From assembly GCA_964452145.1 (NCBI GenBank), contig CAYVLA010000049.1, positions 1-22,468 on the forward strand: a stretch of DNA of 22,468 nucleotides, read 5' to 3'. Shown piece by piece: positions 7,640 through 16,271 of the stretch. This DNA comes from Candidatus Hadarchaeota archaeon. GTDB taxonomy: Archaea; CAYQAE01; CAYVLA01. The notes below the pieces were generated by a model. It was not told the origin of the DNA, made no database searches, and saw only the letters and a program-made list of their open reading frames with translations. Each line of letters starts with the position of its first letter. The first letter of the stretch is position 1. The translations under genes and the position numbers were made by a program.

Positions 7640-8055
7640 TCTTCGTCGACTCGAACGTCTTCTTGCACGCGTTCCTGGTGCCTCGCCGGAAGCTGACCGA
7701 GAGGGAGGAGAAGGTCAAGAACGGCGCAAAGTCCATCGTCAGCAGGCTTGAAGCGGGGGAGGAGGCCGCCATGACTGCCGCCCATCTATCCGAGGTCTTG
7801 AACATCATCGAGACCGGCCTTGGCCTTGATCAATCCCTCGGCTTCCTCGCGTGGGTCTCGGCCAGCGAGAACCTGGAGGTCATACCGGTAGCGATGGAGG
7901 ACTACGAGGAAGCCCTGCCTGTCGCAGAAGAAGAGAAGGTGGGCGCCAACGACGCCCTGGCCTATGTGTCCATGCGGCGGAGAGGCATCACGGAGGTATA
8001 CTCCTTCGACAAACATCTCGACCGATTCAAGGACATTGTCAGACGCCAGGGATGA
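7636..8055 (+). CDS. vapC: PIN-domain VapC toxin
   Basis: IFVDSNVF, LSE, NDAL, YSFDKHLD acidic PIN residues intact. Confidence 0.92.
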   Translation: MIFVDSNVFLHAFLVPRRKLTEREEKVKNGAKSIVSRLEAGEEAAMTAAHLSEVLNIIETGLGLDQSLGFLAWVSASENLEVIPVAMEDYEEALPVAEEEKVGANDALAYVSMRRRGITEVYSFDKHLDRFKDIVRRQG

Positions 8056-8161
8056 GGCCCCGGCCATTGTCTGCGTGCACATGCACCAGCCGTCGGAGAC
8101 CATTCGCGGGCGGCAATTACCAGGCCGCATGGGCTTGGCATTATGGAGGTTAGGTGCTGAG

Positions 8162-8302
8162 CGCTGGGGAGGGGATTTGAACCCCTGATGCCTTGCGGCA
8201 ACTGACTTACCGCTCCAATCCGGATTAGCAGGCCCACGCTGCGACCAGCATCAGCGCCCTACCAGATTGCCCGTGGATTGCTCCACTCTAGGCGACCCCA
8301 GC
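8162..8302 (-). tRNA. tRNA-Ser(GCT) with three introns (8267-8287, 8234-8251, 8208-8225); CCA not encoded
   Basis: After intron removal (84 nt): acceptor GCTGGGG/CCCCAGC + G73, D stem GCCT/GGGC, anticodon stem CTGGC/GTCAG with loop CT-GCT-AA, variable arm TGCC-GCAA-GGCA, T arm AGGGG-TTCAAAT-CCCCT. Confidence 0.92.
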
Positions 8303-8326
8303 CTGTGACCACTTTGCCCCGCCCAA

Positions 8327-8340
8327 GTTAAATCTTTCCG
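8327..8340 (-). promoter_or_regulatory. tRNA promoter (BRE + TATA)
   Basis: CGGAAA-GA-TTTAAC on minus strand, ending ~25 nt before the mature 5' end. Confidence 0.6.
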
Positions 8341-8562
8341 GATTGAGGAGGACGGAGGTCGATGCCGATGCCAACCGGGTTCTTCCGGGCCGACTCAACC
8401 TCATCGAGCCTAAGGCCAAGAGCCTTCAGGACTCGCAGCCCAGCACACACGGTGCGATCAGCTCCAACATCTTCTCCAGATGCCTGATGATGAGACCCAT
8501 CCAAGACGTGCGCACAACCTCCGAGGGGCGCAACAGCGTAAGATGTAGGCTCCGACCTGCGA

Positions 8563-10389
8563 TCAGCGGAACTCGACCTGGGTTAGGTTCCCGTCCTGGT
8601 AGATCCCCCTGAAGAGCGCCACCTTACCGGAGAGCTTATCCTCATACTCCGCCGCTTCGCCCCGAATGATCATCGCGAAGAGCTCCAGCGCGGTCCCGAT
8701 CCCGCTGCGCCCGAACCCTCCCACCGCTATCACGGTGTCGCCTCGGTCACCGAACTTCTCCCTCGAGACAAGCGAGATGTAACCCCAGTCAGAGATGTTG
8801 CCCTCCAGCCTCGGCATGCCGGTCACCATCTCCTCAAGGCTTCCGCCGAGCAGGTCGGACGCCTTCACCTTGATCGGAACACCCTCCGTTGCTGCCTGCA
8901 GAAGCCCGTACTGGAGCACATAGCCCACGACGTAATTGGACTCCAGATCCCCCAGGCCGATGAGGTCGTGGTCATAGTGGCCGGATTTGATGGAGTAGTA
9001 GTTTCCGGATTTCGAGGCGATGTCAGTATGGTTGTAGAAAACCGGGGGACGGCTTGTCTCGGCGGTCTGGTTGACCTCCTCCGTCTGGTTGGCTTCCCCA
9101 GTCTGATCGGCCTCCGGAAACAGAGCCCTGATCATGCTCACCCACGCGTCCACCTCATCCTGGGTAAAGTTATGCGCTCCACCGGGGGAAGGAATCGCTA
9201 TCTCGGTCTTTTCTGTGAGCAGCGACGGTATGTGGTAGATGTCGAAGTCCGCCTCGAGCGTGAGAGTGCGCAGCGTTCCGTACTCCTTTCCCCCGGCGGT
9301 GAAGTACTCGTATCTGAGAGAGGTCGTCTGGCTTCCCGTCCCCGCGAAGCTCAGCAGGACCTCGGCCTCCAGCTTCTGCCCGGCATCGAGTTGCGAGAAG
9401 GTCAGGTTGTCCCCCACCATCTTGGGCTTACCCTGGCCCACGTATATGGTCACGTTCTGAACCGGGGCCGTTCCCTGATTCCAGATCCTGATCGGGATCA
9501 GGGCCGTGTAGTTGCCATCGTCGCCCAGGACCGCCTCGGGCCTGATGTCCAGCTCGACGAGTTGCAGATCGGGCTCCTCGATATCCCTGGACACCCACTT
9601 CACCAGGTTCAGAAGAAGCCGGTTGTTATCGAAGCCGTTCAGGTATCTGCTCGACCAGAGATCATTGTCCCCTACGCACGCAACCCTTCCCTTTCCGTAG
9701 GTCGAAACCGCGGCGACGACCTTGCGACCAACGATCTCCTCGTCGCTTTTCTGCATGTCCCCGTCCACGTCCGACCAGGCAGCCTCCGAGGTCCAAGCGA
9801 TCGCGGTGGCGTTCCCGGAGATTCTGAGCGAGCAGCCGCTGTGATAGCTCACAAGCCGCACCCCTTCCGTTGCGGCGTGGTCGGCGAATTCGGTGATCAT
9901 CGGCCAGTGGGGATAACGCTGATCAACCAGGTACGGACTCCGGGGATCGCAGACCAGATCGGCCTCGAACTCGATGCCGAAGCTGCTGGTCAGCTTGTTC
10001 ACCGATGTCCGAGCCCATGGCTGGAACTGGCTTGTCGCATACTGCCCGGCCAGTATCAGCCCGCCCCCTGCCGCGACGTAGTCGGCGAACATGTCGATGT
10101 CCAGCTCGAAGCTTGCCCCGCTCCTGGGCGTGATGATGAGGACCGAAACGAAGTCCGTGAGGTTCTCGGGATAGACCCGGGTAACGCCGATGTAGGGGCT
10201 CAGCAGATGGGCCGAGAAGCCGATCTGCCTGAAAGATACGGCTGCATGCCAGTAGTCGAATAGGCTCGATTGCTCCTCCCCATGGGTCTCGATGAAGACT
10301 GCTGTGGGCTTCTCGACGGAGAGGGTGGAGGTCGGGGAGGCCAGAACGGCCATCACGAGGCAGGCCGCTAGGACCCATCTCCTTCGCAG
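8563..10389 (-). CDS. Secreted/surface protein: GAT-like (DUF4350/GldG-like) domain, CARDB/Ig-like domain, C-terminal domain of unknown function
   Basis: Signal peptide RRRWVLAACLVMAVLA; YVAAGGGLILAG and YGKGRVACVGD...DNNRLLLNLVKW; PDLQL...IWNQGTAPVQNVTI CARDB pattern. Start uncertain: the track's 10551 start overlaps ileS; CTG 10389 follows GGAGAGG. Confidence 0.75.
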   Translation of the reverse strand: MRRRWVLAACLVMAVLASPTSTLSVEKPTAVFIETHGEEQSSLFDYWHAAVSFRQIGFSAHLLSPYIGVTRVYPENLTDFVSVLIITPRSGASFELDIDMFADYVAAGGGLILAGQYATSQFQPWARTSVNKLTSSFGIEFEADLVCDPRSPYLVDQRYPHWPMITEFADHAATEGVRLVSYHSGCSLRISGNATAIAWTSEAAWSDVDGDMQKSDEEIVGRKVVAAVSTYGKGRVACVGDNDLWSSRYLNGFDNNRLLLNLVKWVSRDIEEPDLQLVELDIRPEAVLGDDGNYTALIPIRIWNQGTAPVQNVTIYVGQGKPKMVGDNLTFSQLDAGQKLEAEVLLSFAGTGSQTTSLRYEYFTAGGKEYGTLRTLTLEADFDIYHIPSLLTEKTEIAIPSPGGAHNFTQDEVDAWVSMIRALFPEADQTGEANQTEEVNQTAETSRPPVFYNHTDIASKSGNYYSIKSGHYDHDLIGLGDLESNYVVGYVLQYGLLQAATEGVPIKVKASDLLGGSLEEMVTGMPRLEGNISDWGYISLVSREKFGDRGDTVIAVGGFGRSGIGTALELFAMIIRGEAAEYEDKLSGKVALFRGIYQDGNLTQVEFR

Positions 10390-10423
10390 GGATCCCTCTC
10401 CCCGTCGGTGTCGCCGAACCTCA

Positions 10424-13400
10424 TCATGCCTTGCTGACCCAGATCTCGTAGGTATCACCGTCCATCTCCCACTGCTTGTGATAGGCATCCGCCCCCATTC
10501 CTTCTCCGAGCCTGACCGAGCTCGCCCGGGTCTCTGCCTGGATGTAGCCAAGCCTGTCCCTCACGCTCTTCATTCCCTTGCCCGGGCCCTTCAACGAGAC
10601 TTCCACGAAGTCGTTGACCTTCAGGTCCAGATCCTTGCGCATGTCCTGAATCCGTCTGACCAATTCCTTGGCAAGCCCCTCGGATACCAGCTCATCGGTC
10701 ATCGCCACATCCACGGCGACGGTGCCGGAGGATCCCTCCGCGGCCACGTAGCTGTCCGGCATCTCCTCTTCGAAAGCGACATCCTCCCTCCCGACCTGGT
10801 AGGCCTTTTCGCCCACCTGCACGGTGTGGACCCCTTCCTTTTCCAGGGCCGCCCGCAACAGAGCCCCGTCACAGCCCGCGATGGCCTCTGCCACATTCTG
10901 CGCCTCCGACCTGAACTTTTCCCCCAGACTTCTCATCCGGGGCCTTGCCGCCAGCTTCATCTCCATCCTGGGAAGGATCTCGACTTCCTTGCAGTTGGTC
11001 TGCTCGGCGAGGACGGCCTTCAGCTCGAGAACGGAGCCCCGGACATCGGGGTCTGCGCTGAGCACGACTATCTTCCTGACCGGGTGCCTCAGCTTGATCC
11101 CGGCCTTCTGCCTGGCGGCGAGGGCGGTCTCCACCAGCTCCTGAACCGTGCGCATGGATCGCTCAAGCTTCTCGTCGATCATCCCGGCATCCACGGACGG
11201 CCAGTCCTCCAGATGTACGCTTTCCCTCGACCCGTCCTGAGCCACCATCGCCTGATGGATGGCCTCCGAGATGTGGGGCGCTACGGGGGCAAGCAGCTTC
11301 AGGACGCGATCGATGGCATAGTGGAGGGTGTAGTAGCACGCCAGCTTGTCCGGATCATCGGCCTCCACCCAGGTCCTCTCCCTTGCAAGTCGCACGTACC
11401 ACCTGCTCACGTCTTCCAGCACGAACTCCTGCAGCCCTCTTGTGACGTGGAGGAAGTTCATCTCCTCGTAGGCACGGCTCAGATTTCGCACCAGCGTATT
11501 GGTGCGCGACAGCAGCCACCGATCCTCGGGCCGGAGATGGCCCCTGACCCGGTCCAGGCCTAGCTGGCCCGAGTATCCATCCAGCTCCATGTAAGTCGAG
11601 GCAAACACGCAGACGTTCCAAAAAACGTTCAGCATCCTCTGGACCGTTGTTAGCTCGGTGAAGCTGAACTTCAGATCCTCCCACGGCATGGTTGCCCAGA
11701 GCAGATAGTAGCGGAGGACATCGGCCCCGTACTTGGCCACCACTTCGTCAGGGTCCACGGAATTCCCCAGGGACTTGGACATCTTCTTCCCCTGGGAATC
11801 CAGCGCGAAGCCGTGCATGAGGACCTTCCTGTAACATGACTTGCCGAAGGTGATGACGCTTGCGGCCTGCTGGGAGTAGAACCACTTCCCGACCTGATCC
11901 GATCCTTCGATGATCAGGTCGGCCGGCCAGATCGACAGGGCGTCCGGATTGGACGGATATCCCAGGGAACTCCACGAGGCTATCCCCGAGTCGAACCACA
12001 CATCCACGATATCCGGTACGCGCCTCATCTGGCCCCCGCACGCGCAGCTCAGACTGATCTCGTCCACGAAGGGCCTGTGGGGATCCAGCTTCTCCGGGTC
12101 TATCCTGGTCGTGGAGAGGGATGCAAGCTCGGAGTAGGACCCGACGACCTTCATGGCCCGGCAGCTCTCACAGATCCAGATCGGAATGGGTATCCCCCAG
12201 TACCGGTTCCGGGACAGGCACCAGTCCCCGACGTATTCGACCCCGTTCTCGTACCTTTCTGAAACCCAGCTCGGCACCCATGTTACCTTGGCGTTCTCCT
12301 CGATGATTCTACCTTTCAGCTTGCTGATCTCCAGGAACCACTGCTCCTTGGCCATGAAGAGCAGGGGGGTCTGACACCTCCAACAGTGGGGATAGCTGTG
12401 GACTATGGTCTCATCATGAACGTGGAATCCGTTGCGCTTCAGGTCTTCGATGACCAGCGGATCGGCGTCCTTGACGTACAGCCCGCTGTACCGTCCGCCC
12501 TCGTCGGTGAACCTGCCGGCCGCGTCGAGTGGCGAGAAGATCGGCGCCCCCTGGGCCCTTCCGACCTCGAAGTCCTCTTCGCCGTGCCCGGGGGCGGTGT
12601 GCACGCATCCGGTTCCCTCCTCGAGGTCCACGTACTGGGCCGTGACGACCCGATGGAAGCTGTCGACCCACTCCCTCTGCTTCGGGACCTGTTCCAGAAG
12701 CGGGTGGAGGTATCTGAGCCCCTGCAATGCCGACCCGGGCATGGTCTCAACGATCCGGTAGTCCCCTATCCCGAGCTTGTCCATCACGGTCTTGACCAGC
12801 TCCTCGGCCAGTATCCAGATCTCCTTGCCGACGGACACGCGGGCGTACTGGAACTCGGGCTTCACCATGACGAGAACGTTCGACGGCAGGGTCCAGGGGG
12901 TGGTCGTCCACACAAGGACGTATTCGTCCTCACGGTCCCTGACCTTGAACTTCAGGTATATCGAGGGGTCCTCCCTGTCCTCGTACTCGCCCCTGACCTC
13001 GTGCTCGGCCAAGGCCGTTTCGCAACGCGGACACCAGTGCACGACCCTCACATCCTGGACCAGCAGGCCCTGTTCGTGGGCCTTCTTCAGCGAGTGCCAC
13101 CCCGCCTCCATGTATTCAGGCATGAAGGTGATGTAGGGATCGTCCCAGTCCATCCACACGCCCAGGCGCTTGAACTGCCGGGTCATCGTGGCCAGATGAT
13201 CCTGGGCGTACTTGCGGCAGGCCCCTATGAAGTTGCCTACGCCGATCACGTTCTCTATGTCCTTCTTGCTCTTCAGCTTCAGCTCCCTCTCGACCCTGAC
13301 CTCGATGGGCAGGCCGTGGGAGTCCCACCCGGGCTGCCGGGTCACGTTCTTGCCCTGCATGGACAGGTACCGCAGCACGGCGTCCTTTATGATCTTGTTC

Positions 13401-13582
13401 CACGCAGTGCCGGTGTGAATGGTTCCGCTGCAGTAAGGCGGCCCGTCCAGGAAGTAGTAGGCGGGCTTCGCGGAGTTCTTCTGCTTCGACTTGCGGTAGA
13501 TGTCCCTCTCGGCCCACCAGGCCTGGATCCCCTCCTCTAATTGGATGAGATCGAGCTTCTTTGAGAGGGCCTTGACCACCAT
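10424..13582 (-). CDS. ileS: Isoleucine--tRNA ligase (archaeal type)
   Basis: DGPPY, HTGT (HIGH), GWDSHGLPIE, WTTTPWTLP, GTGCVHTAPGHG, SRNRYWG, KMSKS. Confidence 0.98.
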   Translation of the reverse strand: MVVKALSKKLDLIQLEEGIQAWWAERDIYRKSKQKNSAKPAYYFLDGPPYCSGTIHTGTAWNKIIKDAVLRYLSMQGKNVTRQPGWDSHGLPIEVRVERELKLKSKKDIENVIGVGNFIGACRKYAQDHLATMTRQFKRLGVWMDWDDPYITFMPEYMEAGWHSLKKAHEQGLLVQDVRVVHWCPRCETALAEHEVRGEYEDREDPSIYLKFKVRDREDEYVLVWTTTPWTLPSNVLVMVKPEFQYARVSVGKEIWILAEELVKTVMDKLGIGDYRIVETMPGSALQGLRYLHPLLEQVPKQREWVDSFHRVVTAQYVDLEEGTGCVHTAPGHGEEDFEVGRAQGAPIFSPLDAAGRFTDEGGRYSGLYVKDADPLVIEDLKRNGFHVHDETIVHSYPHCWRCQTPLLFMAKEQWFLEISKLKGRIIEENAKVTWVPSWVSERYENGVEYVGDWCLSRNRYWGIPIPIWICESCRAMKVVGSYSELASLSTTRIDPEKLDPHRPFVDEISLSCACGGQMRRVPDIVDVWFDSGIASWSSLGYPSNPDALSIWPADLIIEGSDQVGKWFYSQQAASVITFGKSCYRKVLMHGFALDSQGKKMSKSLGNSVDPDEVVAKYGADVLRYYLLWATMPWEDLKFSFTELTTVQRMLNVFWNVCVFASTYMELDGYSGQLGLDRVRGHLRPEDRWLLSRTNTLVRNLSRAYEEMNFLHVTRGLQEFVLEDVSRWYVRLARERTWVEADDPDKLACYYTLHYAIDRVLKLLAPVAPHISEAIHQAMVAQDGSRESVHLEDWPSVDAGMIDEKLERSMRTVQELVETALAARQKAGIKLRHPVRKIVVLSADPDVRGSVLELKAVLAEQTNCKEVEILPRMEMKLAARPRMRSLGEKFRSEAQNVAEAIAGCDGALLRAALEKEGVHTVQVGEKAYQVGREDVAFEEEMPDSYVAAEGSSGTVAVDVAMTDELVSEGLAKELVRRIQDMRKDLDLKVNDFVEVSLKGPGKGMKSVRDRLGYIQAETRASSVRLGEGMGADAYHKQWEMDGDTYEIWVSKA

Positions 13583-13714
13583 GATCAGACCGCCGGAACG
13601 AGGGCTTTCACCAAAAGCGTTAGTTAAGTGTTTCTCGTTGCTGGAAATGGCAGGCAGGCATCGATCAGGAAGTCTATTTATCCGACCCGAGTAAGAACAC
13701 GGCGGGGAAACCGT

Positions 13715-14245
13715 ATGAAGATCCTTCTAACGGGATACCTCGGGGCGGGAAGCACCGAGATAGCCAACATGGTTGCCGAGGCCGAGAAAGCCGAGGCGGT
13801 CAATAGCGTAAGGGCGATAAGGGACCTGATCCGGGAGAGGAGGGAGTCCTTCGGGATCTTCGAGAGGGAGAGCCGTTCGGGCGAATTTGATCTGGATGCC
13901 CTTCTGCGCAACAAGGCGCTGGAATACGTGGAGAGCTTCGACAACCTGATTGTGGAGGGGCGGCTCGCCCTACTGGTGCTGGACAAGGATTTCGATTTGA
14001 AGGCCTTCCTGACAGCCTCCGAGGAGGATCGGGTCAAGCACGTGGCGGCGCGTAGGAATATATCCATCGAGAAGGCAGCAAGAATCATAAAGAACAGCGA
14101 CAAGGAGCGCGAGCAGCTCGTCGAGAAGATCTGCGACTATCCGCTCGACCTCACCCGCTTCGACGTGGTGCTGAACACCTCCACCTACGGTTACGAGGGC
14201 ACCGCCCACACGCTGCGCGGCCTCATTGGGAAGTCCCAGGCGTAG
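13715..14245 (+). CDS. cmk: Cytidylate kinase (archaeal type) family, 176 aa
   Basis: MKILLTGYLGAGST P-loop, IVEGRLA, FLTASEEDRV...R, FDVVLNTS. Confidence 0.75.
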   Translation: MKILLTGYLGAGSTEIANMVAEAEKAEAVNSVRAIRDLIRERRESFGIFERESRSGEFDLDALLRNKALEYVESFDNLIVEGRLALLVLDKDFDLKAFLTASEEDRVKHVAARRNISIEKAARIIKNSDKEREQLVEKICDYPLDLTRFDVVLNTSTYGYEGTAHTLRGLIGKSQA

Positions 14246-14317
14246 ACGCTGCGCCGCCCCGCTCCGGGCAACATTTAAGATGAACCTCCCGGGTCGCATC
14301 ACATCCCGGGTGCCCAC

Positions 14318-15772
14318 TTGAGACCATACAGGCTGACAGCCCACCAGGCCCTCGATGCCATCAGGGACGGGCGCCTATCCTCAGTAGAACTGGTGGAATC
14401 CGTCTTCAGGAGGATTCGCCGGGTCGAGAAGAGGATCCACGCCTACATAACCCTGGACATGGAGGGCGCCCTGCTGAGGGCGGGCGGGATCGACGAGAAG
14501 ATCGGCGGAGGTGAGAACCCGGGGCGCCTCGCCGGCCTGCCCCTCGCGGTCAAGGACAGCATAGTGACCCAGGGCCTCCGCACGACGTGTGGAAGCAGGA
14601 TGCTGGAGAACTTCATGCCGCCATACTCGGCGACGGCCGTCGACCGGGTCCTGGCCGAGGGAGCGGTCATCATCGGCAAGACAAACTGCGATGAGTTCTG
14701 CATGGGGACCACCACGGAGACCAGCTACTTCGGCCCGACCCGTAACCCTTGGGACCTGGAGAGAGTGCCGGGAGGCTCGTCGGGGGGCAGCGGGGCAGCA
14801 ATCGCCGGAGACGAGGGCATACTGGCCTTCGGCACCGACACGGGCGGATCCATCAGATGTCCGGCCGCCTTCTGCGGCGTGGTTGGGCTGAAGCCGACCT
14901 ACGGACGGGTTAGCCGCTACGGCTTGATAGCGTACGCCAGCAGCCTCGACCAGATAGGCACCTTGAGCAAGGACGCAGAGGACTCAGCGCTGCTTCTGTC
15001 CGTTGTGGCCGGCAAGGATCCGATGGATTCGACCTCCATAGATCGACCACCGGAGGACTACGCCGCAGGACTCGATTGCGGCATGGAGGGCCAGCGCTTC
15101 GCGGTTCCCGGCGAGTTCCTCGCCGAGGGGACCCATGATCAGGTTCTCAGGGCCACGTGGCGCGTTGCCGAGGCGCTGGAGGAACTCGGCGCGACGCGAA
15201 GCGACGTCTCCATGCCTTCCCTTGAGTACTCCCTCGCGACGTACTACATCCTCGCCATGTGCGAGGCAAGCTCGAACCTTGCTAGGTACGACGGCGTCAG
15301 ATACGGATTCCGCGTGCCTTCCAAGGCTGACTGGATCAAGGCCTTCTCGGAGACCAGGGGCAAGGGGTTCGGGGCCGAGGTTAGGCGAAGGATCATGCTT
15401 GGCACCTACGCCCTATCGGCAGGTTACTACAACGCCTACTACATGAAGGCTCTCAAGATCAGAACCCTCATCAAGGCCGACTTCGAGAAGGCCTTTGAGC
15501 GTGTCGACCTGCTCGTCACGCCGACCATGCCCGGCCCCGCTTTTCGTCTCGGCGAGATGGCCGACCCGCTGACCATGTACATGCAGGACATAGATACTGT
15601 GCCAATCAATCTAGTGGGTGTGCCCGCCATATCGTATCCGGCCGGCACGGCCGAAGGGCTTCCTGTAGGCGTCCAGTTGGTGGGCAGGTATTTCGAGGAG
15701 GGCAGGCTCCTGCGCGCCGCCCGGGCGCTTGAAGGCAGGCTGCCCCACGATTCAAGGCCTATGATTAGGTGA
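14318..15772 (+). CDS. gatA: Asp/Glu-tRNA amidotransferase subunit A
   Basis: AVKD, GKTNCDEF, PGGSSGGS, GTDTGGSIR amidase signature plus GatA-specific SNLARYDGVRYG and RRIMLGTYALSAGYY. Confidence 0.96.
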   Translation: MRPYRLTAHQALDAIRDGRLSSVELVESVFRRIRRVEKRIHAYITLDMEGALLRAGGIDEKIGGGENPGRLAGLPLAVKDSIVTQGLRTTCGSRMLENFMPPYSATAVDRVLAEGAVIIGKTNCDEFCMGTTTETSYFGPTRNPWDLERVPGGSSGGSGAAIAGDEGILAFGTDTGGSIRCPAAFCGVVGLKPTYGRVSRYGLIAYASSLDQIGTLSKDAEDSALLLSVVAGKDPMDSTSIDRPPEDYAAGLDCGMEGQRFAVPGEFLAEGTHDQVLRATWRVAEALEELGATRSDVSMPSLEYSLATYYILAMCEASSNLARYDGVRYGFRVPSKADWIKAFSETRGKGFGAEVRRRIMLGTYALSAGYYNAYYMKALKIRTLIKADFEKAFERVDLLVTPTMPGPAFRLGEMADPLTMYMQDIDTVPINLVGVPAISYPAGTAEGLPVGVQLVGRYFEEGRLLRAARALEGRLPHDSRPMIR

Positions 15773-16029
15773 GAGGCCTCCGCGCGGTTGTCACCGTGAC
15801 CCATCTTGGCTCACAGAGACGGATACCGGAGGCTTGGACCCAACGATGGCAACTAAGTCGACGGAACCCAGAGCTCGCCTTCGGTGTCGGGCACCCCGGG
15901 TCCTGCGGACGGAGGACGGGCCCTCATCCGCTCCACGAAGATGGCGGGTATGGGTGATTTAACGACCCCGGCCCCGGCTAGGAAGTCTTTTTCAAAGGCC
16001 CTGCCAACATCCAGCGCGGAGCTGGCATC

Positions 16030-16266
16030 TTGCCCCTTAACTGGGTGAGGATCTCCTGGACCCTGGCATTCACCGTGCTTGGCCTGATGGTATTCTTCAT
16101 ATACATCGAGTACATGTCCGAGTTCCGCGCTCGCTCGAAGGAGTTCGAGGCCTTCGCTGCGACCTCGCCGGGGCCCAGGGGGGAGGGCAAAGAGAAGCCC
16201 ATCAAGGCTGTCGCGCCGCCCCGGCCCCTGCCACGCCGAAGCAGGAAGTATCGGATGAGACGGTGA
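16030..16266 (+). CDS. Small single-pass membrane protein, hypothetical
   Basis: 78 aa, TM-like ISWTLAFTVLGLMVFFIYI and basic tail; fills the gap and converges on 16272 without overlap. Confidence 0.55.
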   Translation: MPLNWVRISWTLAFTVLGLMVFFIYIEYMSEFRARSKEFEAFAATSPGPRGEGKEKPIKAVAPPRPLPRRSRKYRMRR

Positions 16267-16271
16267 CCCGG

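Noticed and set aside
1..8160. att-site duplicate of the tRNA 3' end or an integrase/transposase bounding the island
   Set aside because: None found by eye in the window, so no mobile element is called.
13403..13414. Region of the IleRS HTGT variant of HIGH
   Set aside because: HxGT is usual in archaeal IleRS.
8968..13540. Long plus-strand ORFs (8968-10263, 10292-11563, 12386-13540) and similar ones opposite radA/rpa
   Set aside because: Antisense shadows of GC-rich genes with no recognisable motifs.
13733..13756. Cytidylate kinase P-loop lacking Lys (GYLGAGST)
   Set aside because: Lys-less P-loops occur in this family; not evidence of novelty.
14318..15772. gatA without adjacent gatB/gatC
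   Set aside because: Dispersed gat genes are common in archaea.
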